A stretch of 64,000 nt of DNA from contig OZ252243.1 of the NCBI GenBank assembly GCA_965249555.1, positions 2,112,001 through 2,176,000 on the forward strand. The letters are read 5' to 3'. Source of the stretch: Nitrosopumilus sp. Its GTDB lineage: Archaea; Thermoproteota; Nitrososphaeria; Nitrososphaerales; Nitrosopumilaceae. The notes beneath the pieces are model-generated. The model ran no database searches. It was not told where the DNA came from and saw only the letters and a program-made list of their open reading frames with translations. Positions 11,203-24,121 of the stretch are shown piece after piece (the stretch's first letter is position 1; the number at the start of each line of letters is the position of its first letter). A program made the position numbers and the translations under genes.

Positions 11203-11973
11203 TTATGTGGTTACAAATATGACCTGACTATCATCCATTATAGAGTTTAATTCTACCATGTCACAACTTGGAATTAAATCACATAGAACTCTATTTTCAA
11301 CTAATGACCAAAACTCAGGATCTATTTGGTGAACTTCCACACTAACATTTCCATAATTAGTCATCTTATTGACAGAAATTACTAATTGATCTACAAGTGT
11401 TCTATCTTGCGTTTTAACAATTTCTGTGATTCTATCAATTACTTCATCAAGTTCTTGTGGAATATCATATCTGAAAAATCCCCATTCATGAAGTTTTTTC
11501 TCTGCATTTGTTGGATTGTATGTGTTGTCAAGTTTTTCTAACTGGGAATAGAGAGTTGATAATTCATAACCATCAACATTCACACCAATTGCAGTTTCGA
11601 GGTTATAATTACGAATATTTTCTTTTAGCATATCTTGATTCCATTGATTATCCGACAGTTCAGATTTTGTAAAATTTAGAAAGATTTGGTGATTTATTAA
11701 ATCATCTGGACTAGTAGCCCATATTCTATCATTTACAACACCAATGTTTCCTACAGGTCCAACTGTATCTTCACTAGAAATAATATCTATTTCTTGATTT
11801 CCTGCTGAGGCATCATCTTCGTTTGTAGTTGTTTGTTCAAATGCCATCCTTGTCAGTTCTCCTTTATTTGATTTTTCTACATCAGCGTATGAATTATCTA
11901 CCATACCAAATGGCAGAATCATTGCAACAATCAGAGAGGCAAACAGTACTGTCTTTGCATTCTTGTACGTCAT
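11203..11973 (-). CDS. Secreted protein with conserved thaumarchaeal leader; possibly C-terminally cut by IS110
   Basis: MTYKNAKTVLFASLIVAMILPFG signal peptide; stop codon abuts IS110. Confidence 0.7.
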   Translation of the reverse strand: MTYKNAKTVLFASLIVAMILPFGMVDNSYADVEKSNKGELTRMAFEQTTTNEDDASAGNQEIDIISSEDTVGPVGNIGVVNDRIWATSPDDLINHQIFLNFTKSELSDNQWNQDMLKENIRNYNLETAIGVNVDGYELSTLYSQLEKLDNTYNPTNAEKKLHEWGFFRYDIPQELDEVIDRITEIVKTQDRTLVDQLVISVNKMTNYGNVSVEVHQIDPEFWSLVENRVLCDLIPSCDMVELNSIMDDSQVIFVTT

Positions 11974-12158
11974 TGTATCGTATACAACACCTTGTTATAA
12001 TACAGTTGATAATGACTTGCGGTATGCCTCAAAATAATAAAGCAGTTTATGGCAATTTGCTATCTTACAAAGTATACGTAAGGTCTGCAGCCCACAAATT
12101 GTACGGTTATACCAATAAAACAAAATCAAAGCACCAAAAAAACATTCACAATTTACTG
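11904..12158. repeat. ~255-bp duplicated promoter/signal-peptide block, copy 1 (copy 2 at 13784-14037)
   Basis: Near-identical sequence seen directly. Confidence 0.9.
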
Positions 12159-12715
12159 CATATTTTGTTTACACATGGGACAAGCTCCACTTGGGATATG
12201 ATAAAACACGAATCACGCAAAATATCATTAATTCGAGAATAAGAAAAGATTTACAGACGCCTACTGATTGGCAGAACAGATAGAGGCATACATTCAGGGG
12301 GCATACTGGATCTTGGCCTAGTAATCAAAGAGCAAAGTGCACCACACACAAAGTACAGGCCGTCATTGTATGGCATACTATACTGTATTGATACGCAAGA
12401 TCCTACCAAAAAAGACATTGACAGTATGGCAAAAAACTATGCATTTTTGATTCCCAAAATATTTGGCATCTGGGGCCAGGGTAAAATCAGCATTTACTGT
12501 TATAATGGTATTTTTAACAATCCCATCAGATTTGAAACCAAATCCAAACGCTGCACTATGTGAAGAAATAGAAACAAACGCAGTTGATGTATTGCGTACG
12601 ATTGATGAAAGAAAAGATGAAGGTTCTGATTATTCTGTACAGGAACTAATCTATTGGGATTATGCAAAAAAATGAAAGATCTAAAATGCGTTAGATGGAT
12701 TTTTCATTCCTAAAA

Positions 12716-12925
12716 TCACCTATTTTTAAATAATAATATTAATCCAATAGATAATGGTACAAAAATAACTGCAAGTGTGTAAATTATAGATACAATTTTT
12801 CCAAGTGTATCGTCTTGATCTTCTATAATTACAAAGGATGGAAGGTAGAATATTAGTGAGATTACACCCATACCCCCATACAATATCAACACGTAACAAA
12901 TTATTTTTAATTTTTTAGAGGACAT
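12716..12925 (-). CDS. Small two-TM membrane protein
   Basis: ATG at 12925 (MSSKKLKIICYVLIL...) just downstream of the 12942-13853 gene. Confidence 0.6.
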   Translation of the reverse strand: MSSKKLKIICYVLILYGGMGVISLIFYLPSFVIIEDQDDTLGKIVSIIYTLAVIFVPLSIGLILLFKNR

Positions 12926-12941
12926 AAAAAAGGAAACGGGG

Positions 12942-13853
12942 TTAGTTGAGAGATATGTCCGATATCGTTGTGGATAGTGTTGCGCTATATGTACTAGGTA
13001 TCTGTATGGTTTTTGTGAAAGATTCACAATCATTCACGTCAGAATGTGTGACTTCACTAGTCTCATCATAATTATATTGTATTTGTCCAAAAACATTTTT
13101 CGTGTTTCCAGTAGAAGTCATATCAAAGTCAACACTATCATGATGTGTAGCACTGTCAAGACACACAAGAGATTCATACGTAACTGTACCTCCAGTTGGA
13201 TTAACTATAAAGCCCCATGAAGAAGTACTAGTACCTTGATTCCATCCATATGATATCACTGGGAATGGAATTGTTGCAGGACCGTATCCGAAAAGAGGAA
13301 TAGTCATTATGGAGGTTCTCTTCAAAGCTAGATCTGATTGATGAACATAATACAAATTTGTATTCTCATCATCCACACCAACATTGTTTGTTTGAGGTGT
13401 CTCCATTTCTATTTTTGCGTTAATTACTCTTGTTTTCCAATACTCGGGGTTTGCATCAAATCTATCTTTAGTTGTAACTCCATATTCTTCCAATTCAAAA
13501 TATAGAGTAATACGCTTTATTTCAAGCTCTTGAATTGTTTGCTCTGATTTGTTTTGTTCCGTTGCCAGTTCTAATTGTTTTTCGGCTTCAGCAATATCAA
13601 CTATATGATCAAATATGAATTTCTCATACCCGCCAAGTGTGTCAACAAAAGATCTTAATTTTTCAATACTCTGTGCTTTTTCTATGTCTGACTGTTCTAA
13701 TAGCGTTTTTAAAACCCATTCTTCATATGCTGTCAGTTTTCCCATATCATTTACGTCTTGTTTTGCCTCTGCAGATTGCATACTACCAAATGGCAGAATC
13801 ATTGCAACAATCAGAGATGCAAACAGTACTGTCTTTGCGTTCTTATACGTCAT
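12942..13853 (-). CDS. Secreted protein with the same leader as 11203-11973 but an unrelated mature region
   Basis: First 23 aa identical. Confidence 0.75.
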   Translation of the reverse strand: MTYKNAKTVLFASLIVAMILPFGSMQSAEAKQDVNDMGKLTAYEEWVLKTLLEQSDIEKAQSIEKLRSFVDTLGGYEKFIFDHIVDIAEAEKQLELATEQNKSEQTIQELEIKRITLYFELEEYGVTTKDRFDANPEYWKTRVINAKIEMETPQTNNVGVDDENTNLYYVHQSDLALKRTSIMTIPLFGYGPATIPFPVISYGWNQGTSTSSWGFIVNPTGGTVTYESLVCLDSATHHDSVDFDMTSTGNTKNVFGQIQYNYDETSEVTHSDVNDCESFTKTIQIPSTYSATLSTTISDISLN

Positions 13854-14267
13854 TGTATTGTATACAACACCTTGTTATAATAAAATTGATAATGACTTGC
13901 GGTATGCCTCAAATAATAAACAAATTTATGGCAATTTGCTATCTTACAAAGTATACGTAAGGTCTGCAGCCCACAAATTGTACGGTTATACCAATAAAAC
14001 AAAATCAAAGCACCAAAAAAACATTCACAGTTTACTGAGACATGGGCATAATCCATTCTAATTTTTAACTGATTTCTCAAATTATTCAAATAGAAAAAGC
14101 AAAGGATCTCATCATGTTTTGTTCATTGGAATGATTACAAAACAAATAAAAATCCCTAGCAAGATTCTATGTGAGTCATTTCTTATTGGTGTTTTGTATC
14201 TGGCTGGAACATTATCTGTACGAGAATGCAATGAGACGAGGACGCCCGTTCCATCAAAAATGAGGGA

Positions 14268-14846
14268 TTGCAGAATCCACCTATGGTCCAAAAGGAATCA
14301 AAAAACTCGTATTTGTTACTGTCTGGACAGAGAAGGCTTGCTGCCCTGAAAAGGTTGGGTGCAAAGAAGATACCAGTGTTATTGCTTACTCAGAGTACGA
14401 AATATGATGTACATGATGCAAAGGCTGCATCAGTGGTTGAGAATCTGCATCGAAACAAAATGAACACAAAGGACATGACGGCAGCATGTGTATTTTTGAC
14501 AGAATCAGTTGGAAAAAGTAAAGCTGCAAAATCACTAGGAATATCATCACAAACTCTCAAGAAATACCTTGGATTTGCAGCAGTTCCAGATAGATTGAGG
14601 CAGTTTGTACCAAAAGAGCTGTCTCGTGATGATTGTGTGAAATTATATCAGGTCATCCCAAATCTATCAAAGGCTGTATCTGTTGCAGAGAAGATCATTC
14701 CACTGGATCAGAAACTACGAAGAGAGTATCTCAAGGTTTTGAGTCGTAGTCCAAAAACATCTCAAGTTGCTCAAGAAAGCAAAGAGTGGATTACAACAGA
14801 GAGTTGTTATTTTGTTGAACAAGGGAAATGCCCGGAAACTGCGTAG
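14268..14846 (+). pseudogene. ParB/Spo0J-like protein, truncated/frameshifted
   Basis: YLLLSGQRRLAALKRLG, VENLHR, HTH (AAKSLGIS); N-terminus missing. Confidence 0.7.
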
Positions 14847-14946
14847 TTTGGCTGTGAGAAAAGATGTAAAAGTTGTAGAGATGGCAGATGATATACTTTC
14901 TGATTATTTGAAAAGAAAGTAAATCTGGGAACAGATCATAATAGTC

Positions 14947-15226
14947 CTCCCATACGAAATCGTCTCCAACCCTACTGCAGACACCTCCTAGCGTGCTTTG
15001 CTGAATCAGGACATCTCAGATATGCCATCTCATTTTGTCTCTGCCTTTGGTACAGAGAGTTTTATTTTTGCAAAAAGTACGGGAAGGATTCTTGTCATAT
15101 TTTGATTCCAGGAATTGTATTAATAATTCATCAGGGATTGTTTTTGCAAATGATACAAAGTCAGTCCATTGTTTTTGTGAAATATTCCATAATAATCTTA
15201 GGGGTAGTAGGTACCCAATCGCCTAA
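14947..15226. mobile_element. Fused remnants: MITE end (as 54914-55255) and IS1595-like end
   Basis: CTCCCATACGAAATCGTCTCCAA matches the MITE TIR; TTAGGGGTAGTAGGTACC matches the IS1595-like TIR. Confidence 0.6.
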
Positions 15227-15256
15227 TTATATAATTCTCAAAAGATATGATGGAAC

Positions 15257-18200
15257 CTAGTCATTCCAGCTAAGATCAGAGTCATCATATATCATACAGT
15301 CACACAGCATCTCCTGGGCCAGCATCTCCTGTATGGATAGTGATTCCAGCAATGCGGGATCTGATACTCTGTCCAGCCTTAATGGCATGTCATATGAGAA
15401 TGATTCATCCAGAGTTCCCTGAATTGCCTTACTATCAAAGATTAGGGTTGCCCTGTCCTGCTCATCAATTACCAGATTTGCAAAGTTTGAATGAATTCTA
15501 GTCATTACGCTTGTTGGCAGATCATCTCTTTGTTGTATATCTGGTCTTGTAATCTGCAACCAGGTGCCATAGTCATTTTGTGACCATATGTATCCATATT
15601 GGTCCTCCCAGACCTGGTAACGTCTGTCCTGCTGGGTTAGTGATATGGTCTCAAACGGATTCTGGTTGCCATGCTTTTGTTTTAGTTCATGAGTTGCTGC
15701 TGCAAGTAATGCTTCTCCTGTAAACTCTACACCTTCGTTGATATATGTGGTAGTAGAATAACGTTGTTTGTCAACTGCATTAATTGCCAATACTTCATGG
15801 GATAATGGTGCCATTATTACAAATGATATGGTAACATCAAAGCACCTCTCTGCAGTATCTGATGATATGCATTTGACTTTGTCAATGGATGCACCAGTCA
15901 TCTTCTCATTTACTAGTTCCTCTTTTTGCTCATGGACTATATCTGCAATGTCATAGCCTGCAGGACTGGTATAGTTGCTATTTACATTTACTATAATGTG
16001 GGACTCTGCATTAGTTTTCAGGCCAATTTCTGGAACTCCAAGGGATAGAGATACCGACTTTAGACCATTTGTTGCATAGCCTTTGATGTGGACTGTATTG
16101 TTATCACCAATAATGCTGCTAGTCAGATTAAAGTCAGTGTGCCAGTTGTTTGTAATGGTTAATGGCATGCCATTAAAGACAAAGCCGTCATCAACTAGCT
16201 GTACTGCTTGATTATTCCAATGTTTGCCAAAGGTTGGCTTTGTTTTCCATTCATTAGAATCTCCACCTTTTTTCTTTGGTGTGTCAGTTCCAGTAATTAC
16301 ACCATCTCCACTATCGGAGTCATCAGGATTTTGAGCAGGTACTGTGTATGTTCTAGTTACAGATTCAGCTGCATTGTCTGATGCATCTACAGAATCATAA
16401 GTGATATCGTAATCGCCTTGTGTGTTAACATCAACATTTCCAGTTGTAGTAACTGTAGAGCCATCATCAGCTGAGACTCCTTTAAGCAAGTCAGGTTGTA
16501 ATGAGTCAGCTTGTAGTGTAACGGTAAGAGGATCAACTGTGATTACTGGTGGTGTTGTATCAGGTGGAGTTGGTGCTGCGGTAGCTGTAACTGTGACTGT
16601 TCTAGTTACTGTAACTGCATGGTTTCCGGCCGCATCAACTACATCAAAGGTAACATCATAGGTTCCAATCGTACTGGTATCAACTGTATCTCCAACAACT
16701 ACATCATCTGTGATAACTCCATCAGTGTTATCAGTTGCAGTAAAGGTGAATGGTGTGTATTCTTCTCCAAGTTCAACGGAGAATGATTCCTCATTGACTG
16801 TGATAGATGGTGCTGTTATATCAAATGCTTCAGGTACAGGTTCACATATTTCATTATCTACAGCAACACCCTTTATACAAACTCGATTAGCATCGTTTAG
16901 ATCGATGATATGAGTAATACGGATAGTATGTTGATTTGATCCGTCAGATGGAGTGAAAGTATCAAAATCACTACTACCGTCACTAATAATAAGAACATAG
17001 TTATTGGTGATACTAGTTTCTATATTACTCCAGGATACTGTAACGGAATTATCAGCATTTCTTACAGCATCTATTGTTGGTGGTGCTGCAACATCAGATG
17101 CTACTGTTACGGTTTCAGTGATGATAGCAAATAACCCATTGTTGTCAGTTACGGTATAAGTTACAGTATATTCTCCAGAAGTGTTGACATTTACCAAGTC
17201 ATCACCAACTACAATACTAGATGCAATTCCTGAGATATCAGATTCATTGGCAATTACACCTGGGGCGTATGTTCCGCCAAATGGTACTGTAGTTGTATAG
17301 TCAACTGTGTTACCATCAACATCAAAGGTTGGCGGTGTGGTATCAGATACGGTAATTGTAATTGATTGTTGGTCTGGCGTGTTACCTGCTGTATCAGCTG
17401 GCGCATCATACAATACGGTGTATACTCCTATAACACTGGAGTTAGGCGCATCATCTGTAATTGTTACTGTTCCAGAGTAGGCTGGGTCATTATCTTCTAC
17501 AGTAGCGTCAGGTATAGTGTAGGTGTCAGTTGTAGTTAACTCTATTGTTTCACTGGATCCTAATACCGTGATTACCGGTTTTTCGGTATCAAGTGTAATG
17601 ACTATAGCTGGTGATGCAGCAGATGTGTTGACTCCATCAGATGCTCTTGCAGTGAATGAGTTGGCACCCTCATCTAGTTCAACTCCTGCAAATGAGAAAT
17701 CACCTGATCCATCGGCAGTTACTGTACCAGCTGATGTCATTCCATTGAATAGTGTTATAGTTGCTCCGGCCTCAGTTGAACCGCCATCAATTGTGATTGG
17801 TGATGCGCCAACAGTTGCAGATGGTGTGGTAATTGCAGGAACTGGTGGTGGTGTGGTATCAACAGGTGGTACTTCTTCAGACGTTATATTATTATTATCT
17901 ACAGCACCACCAACGGGATTACCCTCAGAAAAACCAAATACACCAATTTCCTCAGCACTATTTGCTTTGTTAAAAGATGGATCATCTTTGGTAATAGTAT
18001 GTGGACTAGTGACAAGTTCAGCAATTGAATCAGGATCCTCACCTTCGTTAATTGCATAAATATTATAATCGGTACCAGGTATATTGCCCCAAGTTACTGT
18101 GATGGAGTCAGTAGTAGGTCTTGTAACTGTTACAAATGGTTCAGTTGGTGTAGTTGCTGCAAGTGTAGTTACAGACACGACACTAGAATCGGCACTGTCT

Positions 18201-21123
18201 CCAGCTGCTGCCACTGCCCTTATGGAATAGGTGTAAGTTGTTTCAGGTTCCAAGGTATCATCAGTGTATGATATCTCAGTCCCAGCGACGGGTATCTCAG
18301 TTGATCCTGTGCCACCTGTTCTGCTCAGTATGTAACCTGTTGCACTGGCAATTTTATTCCATGAGAGCGTTACACTGTTATGAGTAGGGGTTTCTGCCTC
18401 AAGTGTCGGGATGCCAGGTAGAGTCACTACTAATGGCCTCAGATATACATCGCCATTCAATAAAATGAGAATATCACTACTAAAACCATTGCCAAGGGAT
18501 AGTGGATCAGATGATACAGTGTTACCTATATCGCCAGTAGCAACAACTATGTCATCGCTGGCATCACCTGCCTCAACTAGAAATGTGCCTGCCCTTAACG
18601 GGACAAAGGATACAGTTACATCTCCAGCAGCATCTCCAGTATAACTAAATGTGCCTGCCCTGATTGCAAGTAGAGATGCAGGTGTGCTTGCAACTGTCGC
18701 ATCGTCAAATGAGAGGATTACATTGCCATCAAATTCATGGTTGACTGGTATCTGTTTACTTTTCACTATTTCATCTGTTACATCCGTATCTGTTACATCA
18801 ACAGTGTCAATCAACGTACCTGCCGTAATCGTAAATGTGCCTGCCTTTAAGGCTACAAACTCTACAAGTAAATCGTTTGTACCTATCGGAATAGTAACCT
18901 CAAAAGAGCCTGCCTCTATTGCCGGCTTAACCTCGGTCGTTACAGTCTGCCTTACAACGTCCTCACCGCCAAATGACAGGACGGCATTGCCGACATAGGA
19001 ATCCACATGATCAAATACGATGGTTACTCTGTCATCTATATTGTCGTTCGTAACAGCTATAGTTTTGGTCACTCCGTCCAACACAACACTGTATTCGCCT
19101 AGATGGCGGGGGTCAAATTCTACAAATACCTGGTCAAGAGAAAGAACTACGTAAACACTAAAAGAGTCTGCCTCTATTGCCGTCTGGTCAGATGTGTAAG
19201 TTGTTGTTGTGGCAACAAGAGTAGTTGCAGTGACCTCGTTAGAATCTACGCTTGTCCCGGCAGTATTTGTTGCCGTAATGGTATACTTGTAATTTGTTTC
19301 AGGTTCCAAGTTCTCATCATCGTAGAATGTATCAGTAATGTCCGGTATCTCTGATGTCTCTGTGCCAACAATTCTGGTCAAAGTGTAACTGTTGGCATTA
19401 TCCACTGCACCCCAGAAAAGCGTTATACGTGTGTCAGTGAATGATGCTAGTGTAAGTGCGGGAGTTTCAAGTGGAGCTGCAGTTACTTTGTATATTCTGG
19501 TTTTATCAACAGCTGGGTTTGTACCATCAGTTGAGGAATAAGTGATAGTGTAATCGCCTACTGTACCAACATCAACAGTTCCAGATATAGTAATTTCAGA
19601 GCCATCATCAGTTCTGACTCCAGTAGTAAGTTCTGGTGCAGGTGAGTTTAGTTCAAGAGTGATCTCTTCTGGAGTTACTGTGATTACTGGGGGAGTAGTA
19701 TCAGGTGCTGTTCCAGTTGTAGTTGTAGTAACCGTATTAGAACGAACACTTTCCCCAAAAGTATTTGTTGCTGTAACGAAATACTTGTACGCTGTACCAG
19801 AAAGCAGACCAGTATCACCGGTACTGAGTCCGCTGGTGCCTGACAACACTATTACATCATTACCGCCATCAACAATTCTGGTTAGAGTGTAACTGTCGGC
19901 ATTACTCACTGCAGTCCATGAAAGTAATATAATTGCATCAAGAGTTCTGTCTACAGAAAGTACGGGTGCGGCTGGTGGTGTAGTTAATGCTGTTCCAGTT
20001 GAAGTTGCAGACTCAACATTAGAAGTGGTAATTACCCCATCACCATCAAATGCTATGACATGATATTTGTAGGTTGTTCCAGGAAACACAGTATCCGTGT
20101 ATGTTGTCCCTGCAATATTTCCTCCTTGCTGACGGTTATCTCTATACACCTTATAGTATGTGGCATCAGTCACTGTATTCCATGAAAGTGATATAGTTGT
20201 ATCAGTAACTGCTCCTACAGAAATTACAAATGGATCTTCTACTGGTGGAGTTGTATCAGGTGCTGTGGTATCTGTAACTGTAACTGTTCTAGTTACTGTT
20301 TCTGCAAGGTTTCCAGCCGCATCAGCTACATCAAAGGTAACAGTGTAAGTATTAGCTACATTGATATCAACTGTATCTCCGTCAACAATTACACCACCTG
20401 TGATATCTCCATCAGTATCATCAGTTGCAAAATAGGTGAATGGCGTGTATGTTTCTCCAAGCTCGATGGAGAATGATTCTTCATTAACTGTGATTACTGG
20501 TTTTTCTGTATCTGGTGCACTAGTCGTTACAATCAAAGTATTAGAGTTAACTCTCGAGAGAGGATTATCGTAAAGTGCTCCGACATAATATTCGTAGGTC
20601 GTTCCAGGAGTCAGACCAGTATTAATGACGCTGGTGCGGGGGTCGCTGTAGGTGAGGTGGCGATTTGCTTGTAGTTCATCATTTCTATACACACTATAGT
20701 CAAAGGCATTATCTCGCGTCTTCCATAAAATCTCAATGCTTGTACTAGTGACGTCTCCCACACTAATTGTAGTTGGATTACGCGTTACAGTCTGCCTTGC
20801 AACTTCCTCACCGCCATATGACAAGATGACAGTATTAACAGAAGAACTCGCAATATTAAAGGAAATAGTTACTTCGTCATTAAGGTCATCTGATACAACA
20901 GTTCTAGTTTTGGTCTGTCCGCCCGCCGTAGCAGTGTATACGCCTTCCTTGAGGGGGTCAAAGTTTACCACTGTTTGGGTTGGAAGTGATCTAGTCTCAA
21001 AAGAGTCTCCATCGATTGCCGTCTGGCCAGGTGCGTAAGTTTGAGCCTCTGCACTTGCAAGAAGTGATATGGCAAACAGGACAACCCCCCCCCCACTAAC
21101 GCATTAAATAACATTTTATTCAT
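15257..21123 (-). CDS. Giant surface protein (FN3, DUF5011/HYR-like and Ig-like repeats, conserved C-terminal domain); signal peptide out of frame at a G10 tract
   Basis: 1904-aa ORF 15257-20971; its frame continues upstream into VVLFAISLLASAEAQ; ATG at 21123 joins it only with G11 or G8. Confidence 0.85.
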
Positions 21124-21369
21124 ATTGTATCAAAAATAATTTGCGGTTATAAAAGGTTTACAGGTTGATTTTTTAAGCTTGTAATTTGACAATCGTGAGC
21201 AATTTGGGATATCTCAGATATGGAGATGTGTAAAGTTTTGTAAAATGAGATTCAGGGGATCTCATTTTGATCGTATTTTTCAGTGGAATGCCAATGCCTA
21301 AAAATGGTGATTGGGCATCATACCCCCATACATCTATGCTGTCAAGATATGCATCCATTGCCATTCTAT

Positions 21370-22084
21370 CAGATTAATTTCATGCAACCATCTGACTCCT
21401 TTCTGCGAGAATGTCTTTGTGGGCGTAATCATATTTTGCAAGTATTGCATAAATCATGTTTTTGTGTCTTGATACATTTCGCACGCGATTCAATTCATGT
21501 ACCTTACCAGACTGTATAGTCTATATGGTATTTTTCTGGTACGAATGATTCATACACCATGTCTGCTCTTAGCAAGTCCTGCCAATACGTCTGAATCAAG
21601 TTTGTCGTTTTTTAGCTTTGCCTGTGCAATTATCTTGGTCTTTGCAGGATGTGCAAGAATTGTATCAATTCCATGGTTCTTCTAGCGTGTCATGTAGTCT
21701 GATCCAATAGTTTGCAGTTGATTCGCACACTGCCTGTATGTCATTACCATATGTCTTTTTGACGTGTTTGATAAAACCCATTATTCCATTTGTTGTATTA
21801 TCAAAGCTTGTCTGCTCTAGCTTCTTTCTGGATTCCTATTTTGTTGCAACACATCTCTTTGTGAATATTAATTCCTATGCTGATCATACCATCACCCTCC
21901 TTTTTGATCAAATTGCCTGATCTAGCGGAATGCTCCCATTTGCCATCTATGTGGTATTTTGTTTTCCGCTCACTTTGAGTTAGTCTGTGTAACGCCCTTG
22001 TACATGGCAGTAACCTTTCAACTCTCAGGCCCAACAGTGGGTATACATCACAAGATATGAAAAAGATTTCGTATAACGTCTGTG
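21370..22084 (-). pseudogene. IS110-family remnant (5' non-coding end plus N-terminal transposase fragments)
   Basis: ISIGINIHK, AVCEST, KLKNDKLDS fragments; near-identical to 59601-60078. Confidence 0.75.
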
Positions 22085-22595
22085 AAATCAAATCATTGAA
22101 AACCACGTATTAAATGTAAATTTTGCAAGAACTGTATTTACTAATCTGAATCCACACAGCTAACGCTAGGGTATAAAGATGCCATTATATCACGATCAGA
22201 GAATGCATGACATAGGTAATTATGACATTATTTTTTCAGATAGTTGTATCTATCAGATGAGAACTTTTTTGCCAAAAATTTGGCAGGCATATCAAAGATT
22301 TATCGTCTTTGATAAGGGTAAGAGTCGTTTTATTTTGTTATTTTGATTTTTCCCCAACCATGATTCGCAACAATGTACGATGTGCTGTACAGTGTTGTAT
22401 GGTATCATTGTGCAATGATACGATTTCATGGTTTCGGCAATGCCCGGTGGACAAAGCCAACCCAATCACAATTCTTCAAGAATAATAATTGAGCATCAAT
22501 GATATCTAACACCTCGTTGTATGAGGATCATTTGAGATATCACTGAATCATCAGGGGGATTCCCTTGAATTTTTTGAGGATTAGATATGATGGTT

Positions 22596-22958
22596 TTACG
22601 TATTGACTAATCCTAATTTTTGTATTTTGTTCTGTGTTTTTTTATTGCAGAATTTGTATGCCTTTTTTGATGGTCCTCCAATTTTGATGTAGAGTTGTTC
22701 TAGCAGACCAAGGCAGTTGTTTTTTGCCAGTTCATTAAACACTAGTACTGCAGTCATTGGTTGTAATTTATCATGTTTGCAGTCCTTGCACTTTGGCACT
22801 ATATCATCTAGTCTTTTTCTGGTAGAGCCATTTACAAACCTGTATGCCTTTCTTGCTGGATGGCCAGATTCACAAAACAGACGTCGAAATATTTTGGGCT
22901 TTGTGTTGCTCTTGGCAAACATCTCAAAGATCTTGACTAGAAGATTTGTTCCAATCAT
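22596..22958 (-). CDS. Hypothetical basic protein with Cys/His pairs
   Basis: 120-aa ORF, translationally coupled in a minus-strand operon. Confidence 0.55.
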   Translation of the reverse strand: MIGTNLLVKIFEMFAKSNTKPKIFRRLFCESGHPARKAYRFVNGSTRKRLDDIVPKCKDCKHDKLQPMTAVLVFNELAKNNCLGLLEQLYIKIGGPSKKAYKFCNKKTQNKIQKLGLVNT

Positions 22959-23140
22959 TGTACCATCAATGTTTTGTGGAATTCTTCTAGCTGTGTATCT
23001 GTGATGCTTACAGTACCTTGAGACAAGATGTCATATACTACCACCTCTTTTGTTTTCGGAGAATTTATTGTGTGATTGTATAGTGCTTTGCAGAAACTCT
23101 CTGGTCTGACTTTGTGATATGTAGCATATTTTACAATCAA
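22955..23140 (-). CDS. Small hypothetical protein
   Basis: Overlapping stop/start with neighbour. Confidence 0.45.
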   Translation of the reverse strand: MIVKYATYHKVRPESFCKALYNHTINSPKTKEVVVYDILSQGTVSITDTQLEEFHKTLMVQ

Positions 23141-23243
23141 CTACTATTCTGAAATCCAGTCCACATTCGCACTTTTGTCTGTCTTGTGTAACTCTTGGAT
23201 TTTTGCACCTGCATGTGAGGTATGGCTTGTCTGTCTCACTCCG

Positions 23244-23675
23244 CTAAATCAATCCTGGAACATCTGTGAATGGCTGGTAGTTGCAGTTTCTGCAGATCCA
23301 CAGCTCAAATGTATCATCTGTCAGTGTAGGATCTCCTCTCTTTATGAATTGGTATCCGTACTGTTGTGAATTGCATTTTGGGCATCCGTTGTCTGGACGG
23401 ACTATCTTTAGAGCGTCTCTGAATGGCATTGCAGGTGAGAGAATCAGCTTGGCGCCATTCCTCTTGATGTCTGGTATGTCAATATAGCCCCATTCGGCCA
23501 TCTCATCATTGTTCAGGTTGGCGTATCCGAATGCCTCATTTGTCTTTTCATCCAGTTCTGCCACACACCAGATGAAATTTACAGATGATACCATCCATAT
23601 CTGATGAATTATTTTTTCTGCAAACGGTGTTCCGTCTGTCTCGGATAGTCTTGGGATTATACTCTCGGAACTCAT
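23244..23675 (-). CDS. DUF2958-like protein with C-terminal Zn ribbon
   Basis: W.VAELD....AFGY......EWGYIDI; CPKC..CRNC. Confidence 0.7.
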   Translation of the reverse strand: MSSESIIPRLSETDGTPFAEKIIHQIWMVSSVNFIWCVAELDEKTNEAFGYANLNNDEMAEWGYIDIPDIKRNGAKLILSPAMPFRDALKIVRPDNGCPKCNSQQYGYQFIKRGDPTLTDDTFELWICRNCNYQPFTDVPGLI

Positions 23676-24121
23676 TGTACTATTCTCACAAAGTCTGCCA
23701 TGAATCTTCCAAGGTCCTCTGTATTGCAGTAGTCATTTGATCCGCCCGTATAGTCCTCAAAGTTTTCAGCAGTTCTGATCAGGAAACATTTGTCCCATCT
23801 GAGATCACCAATGCTGAAATAATAGATGTTTCCATTTCTTATCTCAAAGAATCCGTGTTGATCAAAGTGGTTTGGTTTTGCTATCTCTATCTTTGTTATC
23901 TCGAAATTATCATGCAATAATTTCGTGAACTGTTTTTTGAAGACTTTGCAGAATGTCAAGTATTGTGTGGTTATTGAACTTGATGACTTGTATTCTGCAT
24001 TTAGGAGAGCAAACCAATTCTTTGATGCTTCCTTGAAATTATCTTCCTTGATTGCACCTAGCTTGTCTTGCAACTCTCTTATCTGTTGCTCTATCTCTAT
24101 TTGTTGGACCATTCGGTTCAA
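23672..24121 (-). CDS. Hypothetical protein (first gene after repeat R1; likely start ATG of MVQQ)
   Basis: PNHFD.HGFF, YFSIGDLR, DYTGGSN; SD-like AGGAGG upstream. Confidence 0.65.
   Translation of the reverse strand: MNRMVQQIEIEQQIRELQDKLGAIKEDNFKEASKNWFALLNAEYKSSSSITTQYLTFCKVFKKQFTKLLHDNFEITKIEIAKPNHFDQHGFFEIRNGNIYYFSIGDLRWDKCFLIRTAENFEDYTGGSNDYCNTEDLGRFMADFVRIVQ

Noticed and set aside
15768-21038. Numerous plus-strand ORFs within the giant surface gene (also 62121-63938)
   Set aside because: Antisense shadows of Thr/Val/Asp-rich coding sequence
22085-22595. att site, tRNA or integrase at the element boundary
   Set aside because: No tRNA-like sequence or matching direct repeat found by eye at either end
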